Positions 31,712 to 42,900 of a DNA stretch of 64,000 bases are shown one piece after another (positions within the stretch are counted from its first letter, which is position 1; every line of letters begins with the position of its first letter). Below the pieces are notes generated by a model. It made no database searches. It saw only the letters and a program-made list of their open reading frames with translations, and had not been told where the DNA came from. The DNA lies in the NCBI GenBank assembly GCA_000165345.1, contig CM000434.1, positions 832,001 to 896,000 on the forward strand, read 5' to 3'. Made by a program: the position numbers and the translations under genes.

Positions 31712-32266
31712 ATTAATGTGGAATATATTTCAATTGGAGTGGAAGAGAATGCTCAATTCTCGTCTTTTTTACTAAATAGGATTTAATCGCATTATTTAAT
31801 CCCAAGTTCAACTCCCGAATTACAAGAGTTCAACAATTCGAGTTAATATAAGTATTTAAGTAGACGAGTTAAAATTCCGTTACCTTAAGTGTGTATTCAT
31901 AAACTAATTAAGTAAGGAGAGATATTATAATTTATTTAAAGCTACCATATTTTAAATATAAACGAAAGAGAAATGATGTTAAGTGTTGTTTTTTCCCTTA
32001 ATGTTTATTTAAAATACAAATTAAAACAAAAAATAAAGAACAAACTTTTATTTGCACTAATTATGATGAAATAGAAATTAAGTCCCATGATATCTTAAAT
32101 TACTGTGGTTATTACTAAGGAAAAAATAGTTCTGAAATCTAATATCACTCCAGAAAATATGCTCTTGATTCTAGAGTATCATCCTTTTAATTATCTCTAA
32201 TATTAATAATAATCATGTTTAATTTGTATTCCCTTCTTTCTTTTAAATTGAGCATATAATTAGACT

Positions 32267-33772
32267 TTAAATGTCTTCATTTAATAGCTGAGCTTTAATA
32301 TAGTTCCCCTTTAAGGTATGATTAGGAGGAAGTTCTAGCTTAAAGTAAAGTTGAGCATTAGGAACAAATCCAGCTTTTAGTAAAGTAAGTTTTTTGTCTG
32401 GGATAACTTTTAAGATTGGAGGAGATTGATAAACATACCAATTCATGGAGGATATATTTGGATTGATGCAATCCTTAACAGATTGAATTAGATCATAAGT
32501 TGTGTGGTTGGGTCTAAATTGGAGTTGAAGAATATATTTATCTGGAAAAACAACTCTAATTGATGAATGGGAATGAACTTTCCTTTTCAAGAGTGACTTA
32601 AGATATTCATTAGTTCTGCTTTTAAATGTAGGAGCCTTTCCAAGTATTGAATCTTTAATTCTCTGAATTTCAGATTGTTCAAAATGAGAATTGTCATCTT
32701 CATCAAAATCTTCTGGAGATTCCATATCATTGATTGCTTTAACCAAGTTATCAAACTTTTGTATATTCGAAGAATGAATAACAAAGGGCTTAGTGCAAGT
32801 GATATTTCCACTATCTTGGAGATTTTGTTCATCTATAGTCCCATTTTCCATATCTCTTTCCCTTTTCTTGATCTCAGATTCCATTTTTCGCCTTTCTTCA
32901 ATAGCAGATTTCATTAGCTTCCTTGAAACATCATTATTTGTACTAACTGAGGTTGAAGATATATTTGAAACATATGGGTTAAAGTGAGAAATCTTAACTG
33001 AGCCTTCGCCTGAGGTATCAATTGAAGTTAAATCACAAGAGACAAGCTTTGGGTATTCGATCCTGTTTTTCTCACAAAAGATAGCTAATAGATGATGACA
33101 ATCTGTTAAACGAGATATATAAGCAATAGGAAGCTCGAGATATTCCTCTTCTTCTTCTTCTTCTTCTTCTTCTTCTTTGTCCTTAGTAATATCTACAGAA
33201 ATCCTGTGTATTTGGCTTGGTTTAAGCTTCACAATAACAAACCCCACAGACTTTAGCACATTCAATGCTTCTGAAAAGCTTCCAACAGTGGATGCAAATT
33301 TAGGATTTTTCATTTTAATTCTTCTAATTTTTCCTTTTCTAGGCTCTTTAATAATTGAATCAATGATCTTAAATAATATATCAGTTACTGCCTTTAACTT
33401 TTCCTTACAGATTCTGCCTAGTGATTCGACAGAATTATATAGTGATGGAGTCATTTCAAGATTTTCTGGTGTCAAGTACTCGAATTCCCAAGTATCATCT
33501 TCTTTTAATATTTCCTTTACTTCTTCTTTCGAGTCTTCTTCAGCTTTAGGCTCGTTTACTTGTGAAAATATTCGTTTTCTAATCATATCAACCAGCCTTA
33601 AGGGAATATTCATAGTTTCCCATTGCTCATTCGTAACATCCTTTAATAGTTCTATTTTGTCATACCAGTTCTTATTCACAATTGTATCAACAAATATCTT
33701 CATCTCCTGATCTTTCCTCCCCATTTCCTTTCCTAATTCCAATATAAGTTCCTCTACCTCATTTGCACCCAT
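32267..33772 (-). CDS. UBXD1/UBXN6-like p97/Cdc48 cofactor (PUB domain + C-terminal UBX domain)
   Basis: The 501-aa ORF starts at an ATG. It has a PUB/PUG-like block, KGKIRRIKMKNPKFASTVGSFSEALNVLKSVGF. The C-terminal UBX fold carries the RVVFPDKY loop motif and a ubiquitin-like beta pattern through LKAGFVPNAQLYFKL. A Glu12 run is encoded by the (GAA)n repeat. Confidence 0.65.
   Translation of the reverse strand: MGANEVEELILELGKEMGRKDQEMKIFVDTIVNKNWYDKIELLKDVTNEQWETMNIPLRLVDMIRKRIFSQVNEPKAEEDSKEEVKEILKEDDTWEFEYLTPENLEMTPSLYNSVESLGRICKEKLKAVTDILFKIIDSIIKEPRKGKIRRIKMKNPKFASTVGSFSEALNVLKSVGFVIVKLKPSQIHRISVDITKDKEEEEEEEEEEEYLELPIAYISRLTDCHHLLAIFCEKNRIEYPKLVSCDLTSIDTSGEGSVKISHFNPYVSNISSTSVSTNNDVSRKLMKSAIEERRKMESEIKKRERDMENGTIDEQNLQDSGNITCTKPFVIHSSNIQKFDNLVKAINDMESPEDFDEDDNSHFEQSEIQRIKDSILGKAPTFKSRTNEYLKSLLKRKVHSHSSIRVVFPDKYILQLQFRPNHTTYDLIQSVKDCINPNISSMNWYVYQSPPILKVIPDKKLTLLKAGFVPNAQLYFKLELPPNHTLKGNYIKAQLLNEDI
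33145..33177. repeat. (CTT)n / (GAA)n trinucleotide microsatellite, about 11 units, inside the UBX gene (encodes poly-Glu)
   Basis: A CTTCTTCTT... run is visible on the plus strand. Confidence 0.8.
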
Positions 33773-34096
33773 TTAATCAAAGAAATTACAATATCTCCTT
33801 CAAAAATTGTCTAAGATGTTGCTTTTGTTCTCATTTGGGATGTTACCGCCAAATTCATTTTACTGCATTTTTGAATCTGTCAAATCAAAAATTAAAAATG
33901 ATTTTTAAAAAAAAAAATTATTGTAATTGTAATTGTACTGAGTTGAGAGCTTTCATACAAATAAATCGCTCAGATCAGCCATTTAACATTTATTTTACCG
34001 ATTCCATTGGAGCAAATATTGGATATTCATCCTTTTTAAATAAATATTTAATTTTGATTGCTTTCTTGAATAATTACATGCAAAAAATACGCATGT

Positions 34097-34121
34097 GGCG
34101 CCATTTGGTTTGAGCGCCATG
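34097..34121. promoter_or_regulatory. Tandem E2F-like sites TGGCGCCA and GAGCGCCATG in the UBX / eS30 divergent spacer
   Basis: The sequence reads GCATGTGGCGCCATTTGGTTTGAGCGCCATG. Confidence 0.35.
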
Positions 34122-34383
34122 TCTCGTTTTTGAGACGCCTTTAAGTATAGGTATTAAAAAGGAATAAATTTTGTCAATAATAGTATAGAAAACATTTAAA
34201 AATAATTGGATAGAAGGTTTAAATATTAATTTAAATAGTAAATAAAAGCTAATACTAATACGTATATTTGGAAATTAATAATAATAAAGTTTATAATAGT
34301 CCCTGCCAGAAGGGTTGAATTTCTTCCAATTGTTAAAGTTTATTTCATTAGTCGATAAATCTTATTTTAATAAATTCTGAAAT

Positions 34384-34560
34384 ATGGCTAAAGCACACGG
34401 TTCATTAGCTCGTGCAGGTAAAGTAAAGAATCAAACTCCACGTGTTGAGAAACAGGAGAAAAAGAAGGCTTTGACTGGAAGAGCCAAGAAGAGACAACAA
34501 TATAACAGAAGATTCGTCAGTGTTGTTGCTGGACGCAGAAAATGCAATCCACAATCATAA
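34384..34560 (+). CDS. RPS30: 40S ribosomal protein eS30 (58 aa)
   Basis: The ORF is below the track's size cut-off. It encodes [58 protein letters not shown], which matches the conserved eS30 sequence ([41 protein letters not shown]) closely. Confidence 0.85.
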   Translation: MAKAHGSLARAGKVKNQTPRVEKQEKKKALTGRAKKRQQYNRRFVSVVAGRRKCNPQS

Positions 34561-35222
34561 GATTCTGGTTTGTGGCCATTTTATAGCCTTTATTAGTATA
34601 TTAATGTGACTCTTTTTACCAAGAGATATTGGAATTGGAAAGAAATCTAGGAACAACATTATATTCCTGTGTAACTATTTTCTTTGAATGACTGCATAGA
34701 GATATGAAGTGGGTACTAACATTCTGGTTTTATCGGACTGCCGTTTCTTCTAACTTTCCTTTAATTCTTTGAATCAATATCACTTATACGAGAGTTGTTT
34801 GGATCTTGGTTCATATTATTTGCAACTGAATACAAACAGCACGGACAATTTAGGTATACAATTGAAGTAGATTAGAAATTATTCTATAATTTTAATCTGA
34901 ACTTTATTAATTTTGACTATGTTATATAGTTTCATATATTAGGCATTTATGTCTGATTACTCAGCTTTTTTTTATGCTCTCTGAAGGGTGAACTAAGAAG
35001 TTCAGAGTATATGGTTTACAGATTAATTCGTTTTCGATGTTTGCATTACTAGTACTACTATAGTGTAAAAGAGGAGTTTCTCAGGAATATGAATCAAAAA
35101 TTTATTAAATATGAAAAAAAACATGAATATTAAGATCATTCTTTTTAGGTGATTTAATAATTTCGATTTAACGAAAACTTTAAACGAGAAAAAAAACGCA
35201 GGCCTCTCGCAAATATTAAAGA

Positions 35223-35294
35223 GGGGTTATCCGGGAATCGAACCCGGGACCTCATGTACCCGAAACATGAATCATACCACTAGACTAACAACCC
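35223..35294 (-). tRNA. tRNA-Pro (anticodon CGG)
   Basis: The reverse complement is GGGTTGTTAGTCTAGTGGTATGATTCATGTTTCGGGTACATGAGGTCCCGGGTTCGATTCCCGGATAACCCC. The acceptor stem GGGTTGT/ATAACCC has one G-U pair. The anticodon stem is CATGT/ACATG with loop TTCGGGT, giving anticodon CGG. The T-arm is CCGGG-TTCGATT-CCCGG. The D-arm GTCTAG(T/G)GGTATGATTC matches the conserved eukaryotic tRNA-Pro D-arm as I remember it. Confidence 0.85.
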
Positions 35295-35365
35295 TAATGT
35301 ACACGCTGGTGTTTAAAATAAGTTAATTCATATAAAAATAAGGGATTAACAAATAGCTACTGGAA

Positions 35366-36318
35366 TTAATTCTTGCTAAGTTGATTGCATCTATCTAGTG
35401 ATGAGTAAAGACAATCTTGAAAAATTTTCCCAATTAGTCGATCCTCAAGTATATCAATTCCTGCTTGAGTAGAACCTCCGGGAGTAGATACTTTTGATTG
35501 AAAAACTTGTGGATCAATGGAAGACTCAAAAAGCAACTTGGAAGTGCCATACATCGTTTCTATGACAAGCTTTCTTGCAAGATCCTCAGGAATCCCAATT
35601 TTGATTCCAGATTGTATGAAATGATGAGCAATATTAGAAAAGTACCCAGGCCCACATCCACTAATGCTAGTACAATGCGAGAAGATATCTTCATTAATTT
35701 TATAAACTGTACCACATGAACTCAAGATTTCAATGATTTCATTTGAGTTATTTTGTTTATACTTAGTAAAGTGTGCGACAGGATTTTCATAATAAAGCCA
35801 TGTTCCCTGACAAATTGACAAGGTTAAATTTGGCATTACTCTTATGCAGTGTATTTCATTTGACTGAAATTCCTTTAATATATCACTAATAGTTTTTCCT
35901 GCACAAACTGAAATTAATACTTTGTCGCCTGACTTTAGATCACTTTCTATATTCAAATTATTTATTTCACTTAGAATTTGGCTCAAAATATGTGGTTTTA
36001 CGCATATAAATATTAATTCGGAATTACCAACTAAACTTTGAAAATTTTCTGATATATTAATTCCAGAGAATTCTCTCTTAAGTGATTCTAGCGAATTTTT
36101 ATTAGAATCAAATAAAAAAATTTGATCAGATTTTATTTTTTCGGACGATAAAAACCCTGATATAATTGCATTTGCAATATTTCCACACCCAATAAAACCT
36201 AAATATTGTTTTTAAATTATTATGATCAAAATTAAGAAAAATTAATTTTAATTGTAAACACTCCAACAGTATTATTAACCATTGCAATTCACATACCTAT
36301 TTTTCTCTCTGATATCAT
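35366..36318 (-). CDS. Pyrroline-5-carboxylate reductase (ProC/P5CR); join(36318..36297,36198..35366)
   Basis: The ORF in the track carries the P5CR C-terminal dimerisation domain (CGPGYFSNIAHHFIQSGIKIGIPEDLARKLVIETMYGTSKLL..STPGGSTQAGIDILE). The open frame extends upstream through the Rossmann fold, GFIGCGNIANAIISGF, but has no ATG. A 22-nt first exon, ATGATATCAGAGAGAAAAATAG, with a GTATGT donor and a 98-nt intron ending ATATTTAG, supplies MISERKI-G in frame (phase 1). Confidence 0.7.
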
Positions 36319-36430
36319 CTCAAATCTTTGCTCAAATTAAAATTTATTCAGAAACAAAAGATGAAAGTATAATCATTAATGATTTTATTTTTTAAAAAAT
36401 TATAACGTATTCCCGCCAAAATTCGTCAAT

Positions 36431-36558
36431 TGCATGTAAGTCGTCCACAAAAATGCATGTAAATACCGGTTTATGAAAAAATGTGTATGACACGTGTATA
36501 TCAATTTTTTCAAAAAAAAATAGTGGGTATGACATCATAAATAGAAGCAGTTGCATGC
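36431..36558. promoter_or_regulatory. Divergent promoter motif cluster (TGCATGTAAG, TGCATGTAAATACCGGT, ACACGTG, TGCATGC) between P5CR and the mucin-like gene
   Basis: ACCGGT is at 36465..36470, ACACGTG at 36490..36496 and TGCATGC at 36552..36558. Confidence 0.35.
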
Positions 36559-36906
36559 GAAAGAAAAGTATTAAATTTTACATAAATTCGAGAGTTGTAT
36601 TATAATCATAATAAAAACAAAATAAAGATAGTAAATGTAAGGAAAGAATAAAAAGAAAGAATACAAAAAGAATATGATTAACAAAAAAAGTTAAAACTAA
36701 AGAATAAAGTTAAATATATTTGAGATTTACAGATATTTAATAACGTAATTATAAGTTAAATTGAAGATAGTATACATGGACATTAATAGGATTGAAATAA
36801 GATAGAAAAGTTAAAATACGAGAGAAAAAACTTAATATAAAGGGAACAAAAGCTAAGAGGCAATTAATATAGCAAAAGAAAAAGAAAATTCAATTAATTG
36901 TTTGAA

Positions 36907-39900
36907 ATGTTTACAGGGAGTGACTTGAAAAACTTAGTATTGAAAACTCTATTATTATTGCTACTGGAATACCTTATCATCAACTTTCCAGGAGTCTCAT
37001 CAATTGATGAAAAGGTTCAGGAAAGGAAAGATGATCCAGTAGCACATATGGACCCTGCCCCACCAATACTATTTAAGGAAATGAAAAGTCCAATTGTAGG
37101 AGTGGGTGATATTTGTTTTGGAAACAACTGTAACTATTACCAAGAAAGTAAAGAAAATAGTCCATCCAAAGACAGAGAAAGCTATCATTCAGTTGGTTCC
37201 AAAGTTACAAGGTATATATGTATATTATTATCAGAAAATACTTTTACTAGGGAAAAAGAGGCAGATTTGTTTTTTGAAAGATTAAATGAATATACAGAAA
37301 CTTCAGAATTGCCATTTTCATATGTTGAATTTTACGAGAAACTTGGAGTTTTTGTAATTGATGTTAGATCCAGTATTAAAGAGTATGAAGAACGCAGTAT
37401 ATTTCCCTTGGCTGAAGGTTTGAAACTTATCAAAAAGTTAGATATTTTAAACAAGGCTGACTGTACTAAAGATTCTCTTTTAAGTGAACAATCGGTATTT
37501 ACAAGTGGAAATGAAGATAAATCTACTGAGAATTACAGTAATAGCTATAAGTGGAATTGGAGCAGTATTCCTAATAATTTTGTAAATTTTAATCGAATCT
37601 TGAAATCCGAAGAGTCTCAAGGAAATATTACGAATAACAATCAAGGCACAGAATATTTAACAGATGAAGCAAAGCTATACAAAGAGTTGGATGGTTACTT
37701 TTTGAAAAAGTTCAATGAAGCATCTAATCTACTTAATAAACTAAATATGTTCTCTTCCCCATCCTCTTCATCATCAAATTTCAATAATCCTACTGTTTCA
37801 TCAACATCATTTTCCGGAGGGAGGCAATCTTCTCTTTGGAATGCACTCAACTTTTTATCCAGTTTCTCAAATAAGGAAGAAAAGTCTAGATCTACGCCAA
37901 TCCAGGAAATTGAAGATCCAATTTTTGGAAAAATGGACCCAACAGATGGTAATTCTAAATTAACAATATCTCCACTATACCTTCTTGGGATGAATCTCAA
38001 AGGAAAAAACATTACAGAGCTATCTCAAAAGTTCAAAAATCAAACATCTCCTATCGTTCCTGTAGATATGTCTAGAGAAGATATTAGCTTGGACAATGAT
38101 CTTGCAATGAATATAGCAACAGTAATCTTCAAAGGAATGAGTGATTCCGCTGCAAAGCTTCCACCTCCTTTTGGGAACCCTGCAGTCAAAAATGAGCAAA
38201 AGTTTCCAGAATATAATTACAAAAACCATATAAATTATCTTGAAACAAATGCAAATAATAACTATTATAATTCCCCATCAATCTCTAACTGGAGTTATAA
38301 ACCCATACCACAGGGTAACAATAATGTAATTGGTGGATATGAAAATGACCAAAGCCAACTCAATATTCAAAGTGATCACTTTAAAGGAGGAAGTTTTCAT
38401 CCAAGTTCAAGTAATAATGCTATCAATACAATTGATAATTCCATTATTGGATTTAATAGTGTTTCTCAAGTTAACTCAAATAGTAATTCTAATAAAGTAG
38501 GAGTTCATTCTCAATCTGGTTCTGGCTTAGCTCCAAATATTTTTGAATCAATAGATACATGGGGAAAACAGAGCTCAGCTTATCAATCAACTTCTTCTTC
38601 CGCCTCCCCTCCATCATATTATGCAACAAATGGTATTAAAACTATTAATCCAAATCAAGTGACTTCTAATGGAAAGAGTAATCCTGATTTAAAAGTACCA
38701 ACCATTAATTCTCCATCAACTTCAGAATGGATGAGAAAGACTATTTCAAAGCAAAATGAGGGTGGGATAAAGCAACCGTCATTTATTAACAGTCAAAATA
38801 ATCAAACAGAAATTAATAAATTTGCAAATAATATGAACCAAAATACCCCCCCAATTGTTAATTCAAATGGTAATCACTTTAATTCTCCATTTTCACAGCT
38901 TTCAAAGTTTTCTAACAATCCATTCCATGGAAATTCTGCCGGAACAACATTTGTCAAAATGAATGGTAGTGTTTTTGATGATGATAATGATATCACTTCT
39001 TTCCATCCTGAAGGATTTATCAATAAACTTCCAGAACATGTACAAAAGAATATGACTCAATCTCAAAGAGACAAAATTAACTTAATAAATGCATTTATTG
39101 GTACTGGATTTGATACAATTCTTCAGATGAATAATATAGATTCTAGTTCAAGTTATGGTAATCAGAATAATGATTTCTTTAGAAGTTCTCCTCCAAAAAG
39201 AAGATTATTTGAGATTGACTCTTCAACAAGAGGAAACAAAATGGTGATTGATGAAAACATGAAAGACCCGAATTTAAGTGATCAATCAAATAAAGAATAT
39301 GAAATGTATGCCAAATTGCTGAGTAATATTGATACGAACCAAGGTCAAGATACTGCAATGGCCTATGTGACAGGATGTGATTGTGATAGATTTCCTGAAG
39401 GAGTTGCATGTCCCATGGTGCTTTCAGGAGAAGCGAATATTGAATGTATTGGGTATAAAGTTTGGAATAGTGCAAGAAAAGGTGCTCCATTGAGTGAGAT
39501 AGCTTCAGCAATAGATTCTGCAATTACTTCTAAAGCAAGAAATATTATTTTGCCTTTAAAGTTTGATACAAAGACAATTGAAGAAAATCGAGCAGCTCCA
39601 AGAATTTTGAGGCACATCATGAGAAGAACTTCAAGAGAGAATGGAATACTATTTGCCTTACCAACAGGAAATAATGGTAAGCAGGAGTTGGATGGAAGCT
39701 TAGACTTTCCTTGCGACGATTTGACAGGAATGTACGCTTTTTGTGTGGGTTCAATTAACAACAAAAATGGAATGCCTTCGAGTTTTTCCAATGTTCCTCA
39801 GTTAAATAATGCAATCTATGCTAATGGTGAGGATGTTGAATCAATTGGAATAAATCAACAAAGACGATTATTTTCTGGTACCGGTATTGCTTTAGCTCAA

Positions 39901-42900
39901 TCAATTGGTGCTTTAAATATTATTCAAGGTATTACAAAGGATAAAACGAGCTCATTTGACCAGCTTGCTATCCTGTACAGTGCCCCTAAAAAACTTCCAT
40001 CAAGGAATTTTTTGGAGCAGCTTTTTGCAAACTCGAGTCCGATTACATTCAAGCCTCAACAGCAACAACAACAATTCCAGAAACAAAGCTCTAGGAACGA
40101 GACAGGTTCTTCAGATCCTGTTTTAATGTTTGGTATGGGATCTGGAAACAATACAAATGGTGCTTTAGGATCAGTATCTCATGAAAGGATCATGAATTCG
40201 AGTCTAATGAGTGGAAATAGAGACAATGATTTAGATGCAATAATGGCCAGGATTGAGAGCATTGAAAAAAGTCTTGCAAAGTCAGGTTTAGATGGTGGCA
40301 CCGTTTTCAAGGGAGAATTTCCAGTTGGTGGTCCATTTTCTTCACCTTCTGATTCCTCTACTTTCTCATCCTCTTCCACTACCACAACTACTACAACCAC
40401 CAGTCCAGTCAGCACTACAACTTCCAATGCTTCTACTCTAACCAATATAACCACAGAAATTCCTCAAATATTAAATTATACAAACATAAGTAGTTCCAGT
40501 ACATCCACTCCTTCTATTAGTCTCAACACTTCTACCCCTAACATCGTAACAACTCTTCCCTCTAACATCACAACAAACCCTCCTTCCAGCATCACGACAA
40601 ACCCTCCTTCCAGTATCAAAACAAACCCTCCTTCCAGCATCGTAACGACACCTTCCTCCAACATCGCAACAAATACTCCTTCCAATATCACTACTACCAC
40701 CACCACCAGTCCTTCCAGAACTCCCAGAGCCTCTAATCCTCCTCTTACGGAAAACAAAGAAGAAGAATATGGTCACTATAAGGAATCTAACTATAGTCCA
40801 GAAATAATAGGAGTTGTTCTAGATCCAAAGGAAGTAACTGAAGTCTCCAGATTAGTTCATTCCAGTAATGAACATTATAATGAGTACTATGATAGATATG
40901 GAAATCATGATACTGTTGATCACGAATATGAAAATGACGATGGGTACCGACAATACTATATTGATGGAAATGAAGACAAGAATCACAACTACGGCAATAC
41001 ATTTAATTCAGAGGAAAATATGTCAAGAAATCTTTGTTATGAAGAGGAAACCAGGTTTTACAGTCCCTTAGAAATGGCTATACCCGTAGATAATATTGAG
41101 CAGTGTATATTATCCTGTAGTAATACCCCAGACTGTAGATACTATTCGTATGGAGCATTCCTTAAAGGCCCTGGAAGCATTATTGGGACATGTATATTAA
41201 TGCCTGATAAACAAGGATCGGTAGCTTTACCAAACTTCCAATCTGGAGCTCTAGGATGCCCAGTTTCTGCTAGTATTGCTTATGCTCAGGCTATGGAAGA
41301 AAGACTAATACAAGGTATTAGTAATGCAAATGAAAATAGTCAAAAAAGTTCTTCTGCTCAAGTTAATAACAATTTAAACTCGGATTGGCCAGGCATACTT
41401 TCCACCTCTACTGTAGCAGTTAAAAGTATGAGTGGATTCTTATCTAGATTTCCTCTCAACGATATACTTCAAACAAGTATTTCCTTATATAATTCAGGAT
41501 TTCTCGATCAAAAAGGTGCTTTAAGACCAAGTGGAGCTTTTGAAAAGCAAAGTATATTACCCCCTCCTGGAGTTGGATCTCCACATGTAGTATGTACCCT
41601 ACAAGGTATGCAATGTTGTGTCCCACAGAAATCTGCTAAAGGATGGAGAAAAAAGCCACCAAGTTTTCTTAGAGTTGAAGATCCTTCATGCGAAGCTATT
41701 TATGTCTCAAAAACAGATATGTTCTGTGCAACCACATCATTATATGATAACCAGGATATCTCTTCATCAGGATATAATTCACTTGATGATTTTAGAAGCC
41801 AACCCTCATTTTCATCAAATTCTTATAGTACTAATCCAAAACCTTCAGGAAGCTGTGGAATGGTTATAATTGAAACAAGTGAGCATCTTATTTTTCAAAA
41901 CACTCTAAAAATGCCTTCTAAAGAGATGAATAATGCATTATGTGAATGTAAGCTGAATAAAAGAGATAAAAGCATACATGGATCTGGTACTTGGGAATAC
42001 TCAGTACAAGCAGTACAAGCTGCAATGAGTCGCAAAGTTGAAGGAGATCAACTTTCTTCTGGAGTTGCTCAAGCTTTAGCTTGGGTAGAAGCAGTTGGGA
42101 ATGATCCAAATCCAGCAGTGAATGGACTTGGTGAGCTTATTTCCCAAGTTGCTCAAAGACCAAATTCAGATGTTGAGTTAATTACTCAGATACCTGCAAT
42201 TAGTCAAAATGCTGTTTCTAATATGCTTTACAATCAACAACAACAACAGATTGAAGAGCAAGAACAAATTATTAAGAAACAACAATCTATTCAGCAATAC
42301 AATAATATGAGATATTTATTATCTCAAAATGAAACTGATACTAATAACGCTAACACTCAAAGTCAATCAGATCAATGTGTAACAAGTTGGCCAGAAAAAT
42401 GTCAAATTTGGAAATCTAAATGTGAGGATAACTTAATATATGGTTATAAAAATCCTCAATGCGTACCATTGACTATTTTAGAGAATGGATGTCCAATGAA
42501 ACAGGTTGGATTCAAGGTGAATCAAATAAATCCAGGAATTTTGAGCTTCAGTTTTAAACCTATGAGATTTTCAGATAATTCACCATTCAGAATTGCTTGT
42601 CAGTTTTCACTCATCAAATGTACTCTAGCAAATATTAAAAGCAAATGTAAATCAAATGGTACTAATAACTTTAAGAAACCAAAGAATTTGAACGGAGACG
42701 ATGAAAACAATGCAATTAATAACATTAGAAAACATTTAAATAATCATAAAAATCAAAATAATAATAAAAATAACAACTTATTTCACAGAAAAGACACTAA
42801 TGATAAAAGTAAAAATAATGAACTAAAACATTTATTCAAAATTCCAATGAACTATCTTCCGTATATTCCAAAAGATACAGGAGAAAGTGACGAGAAATCT

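Noticed and set aside
34561-35222. 660-bp gap between eS30 and tRNA-Pro as a possible hidden gene
   Set aside because: There is no ORF over 25 codons with an ATG, no splice-compatible exons and no structured-RNA signature that I could recognise by eye. It is left unannotated rather than guessed.
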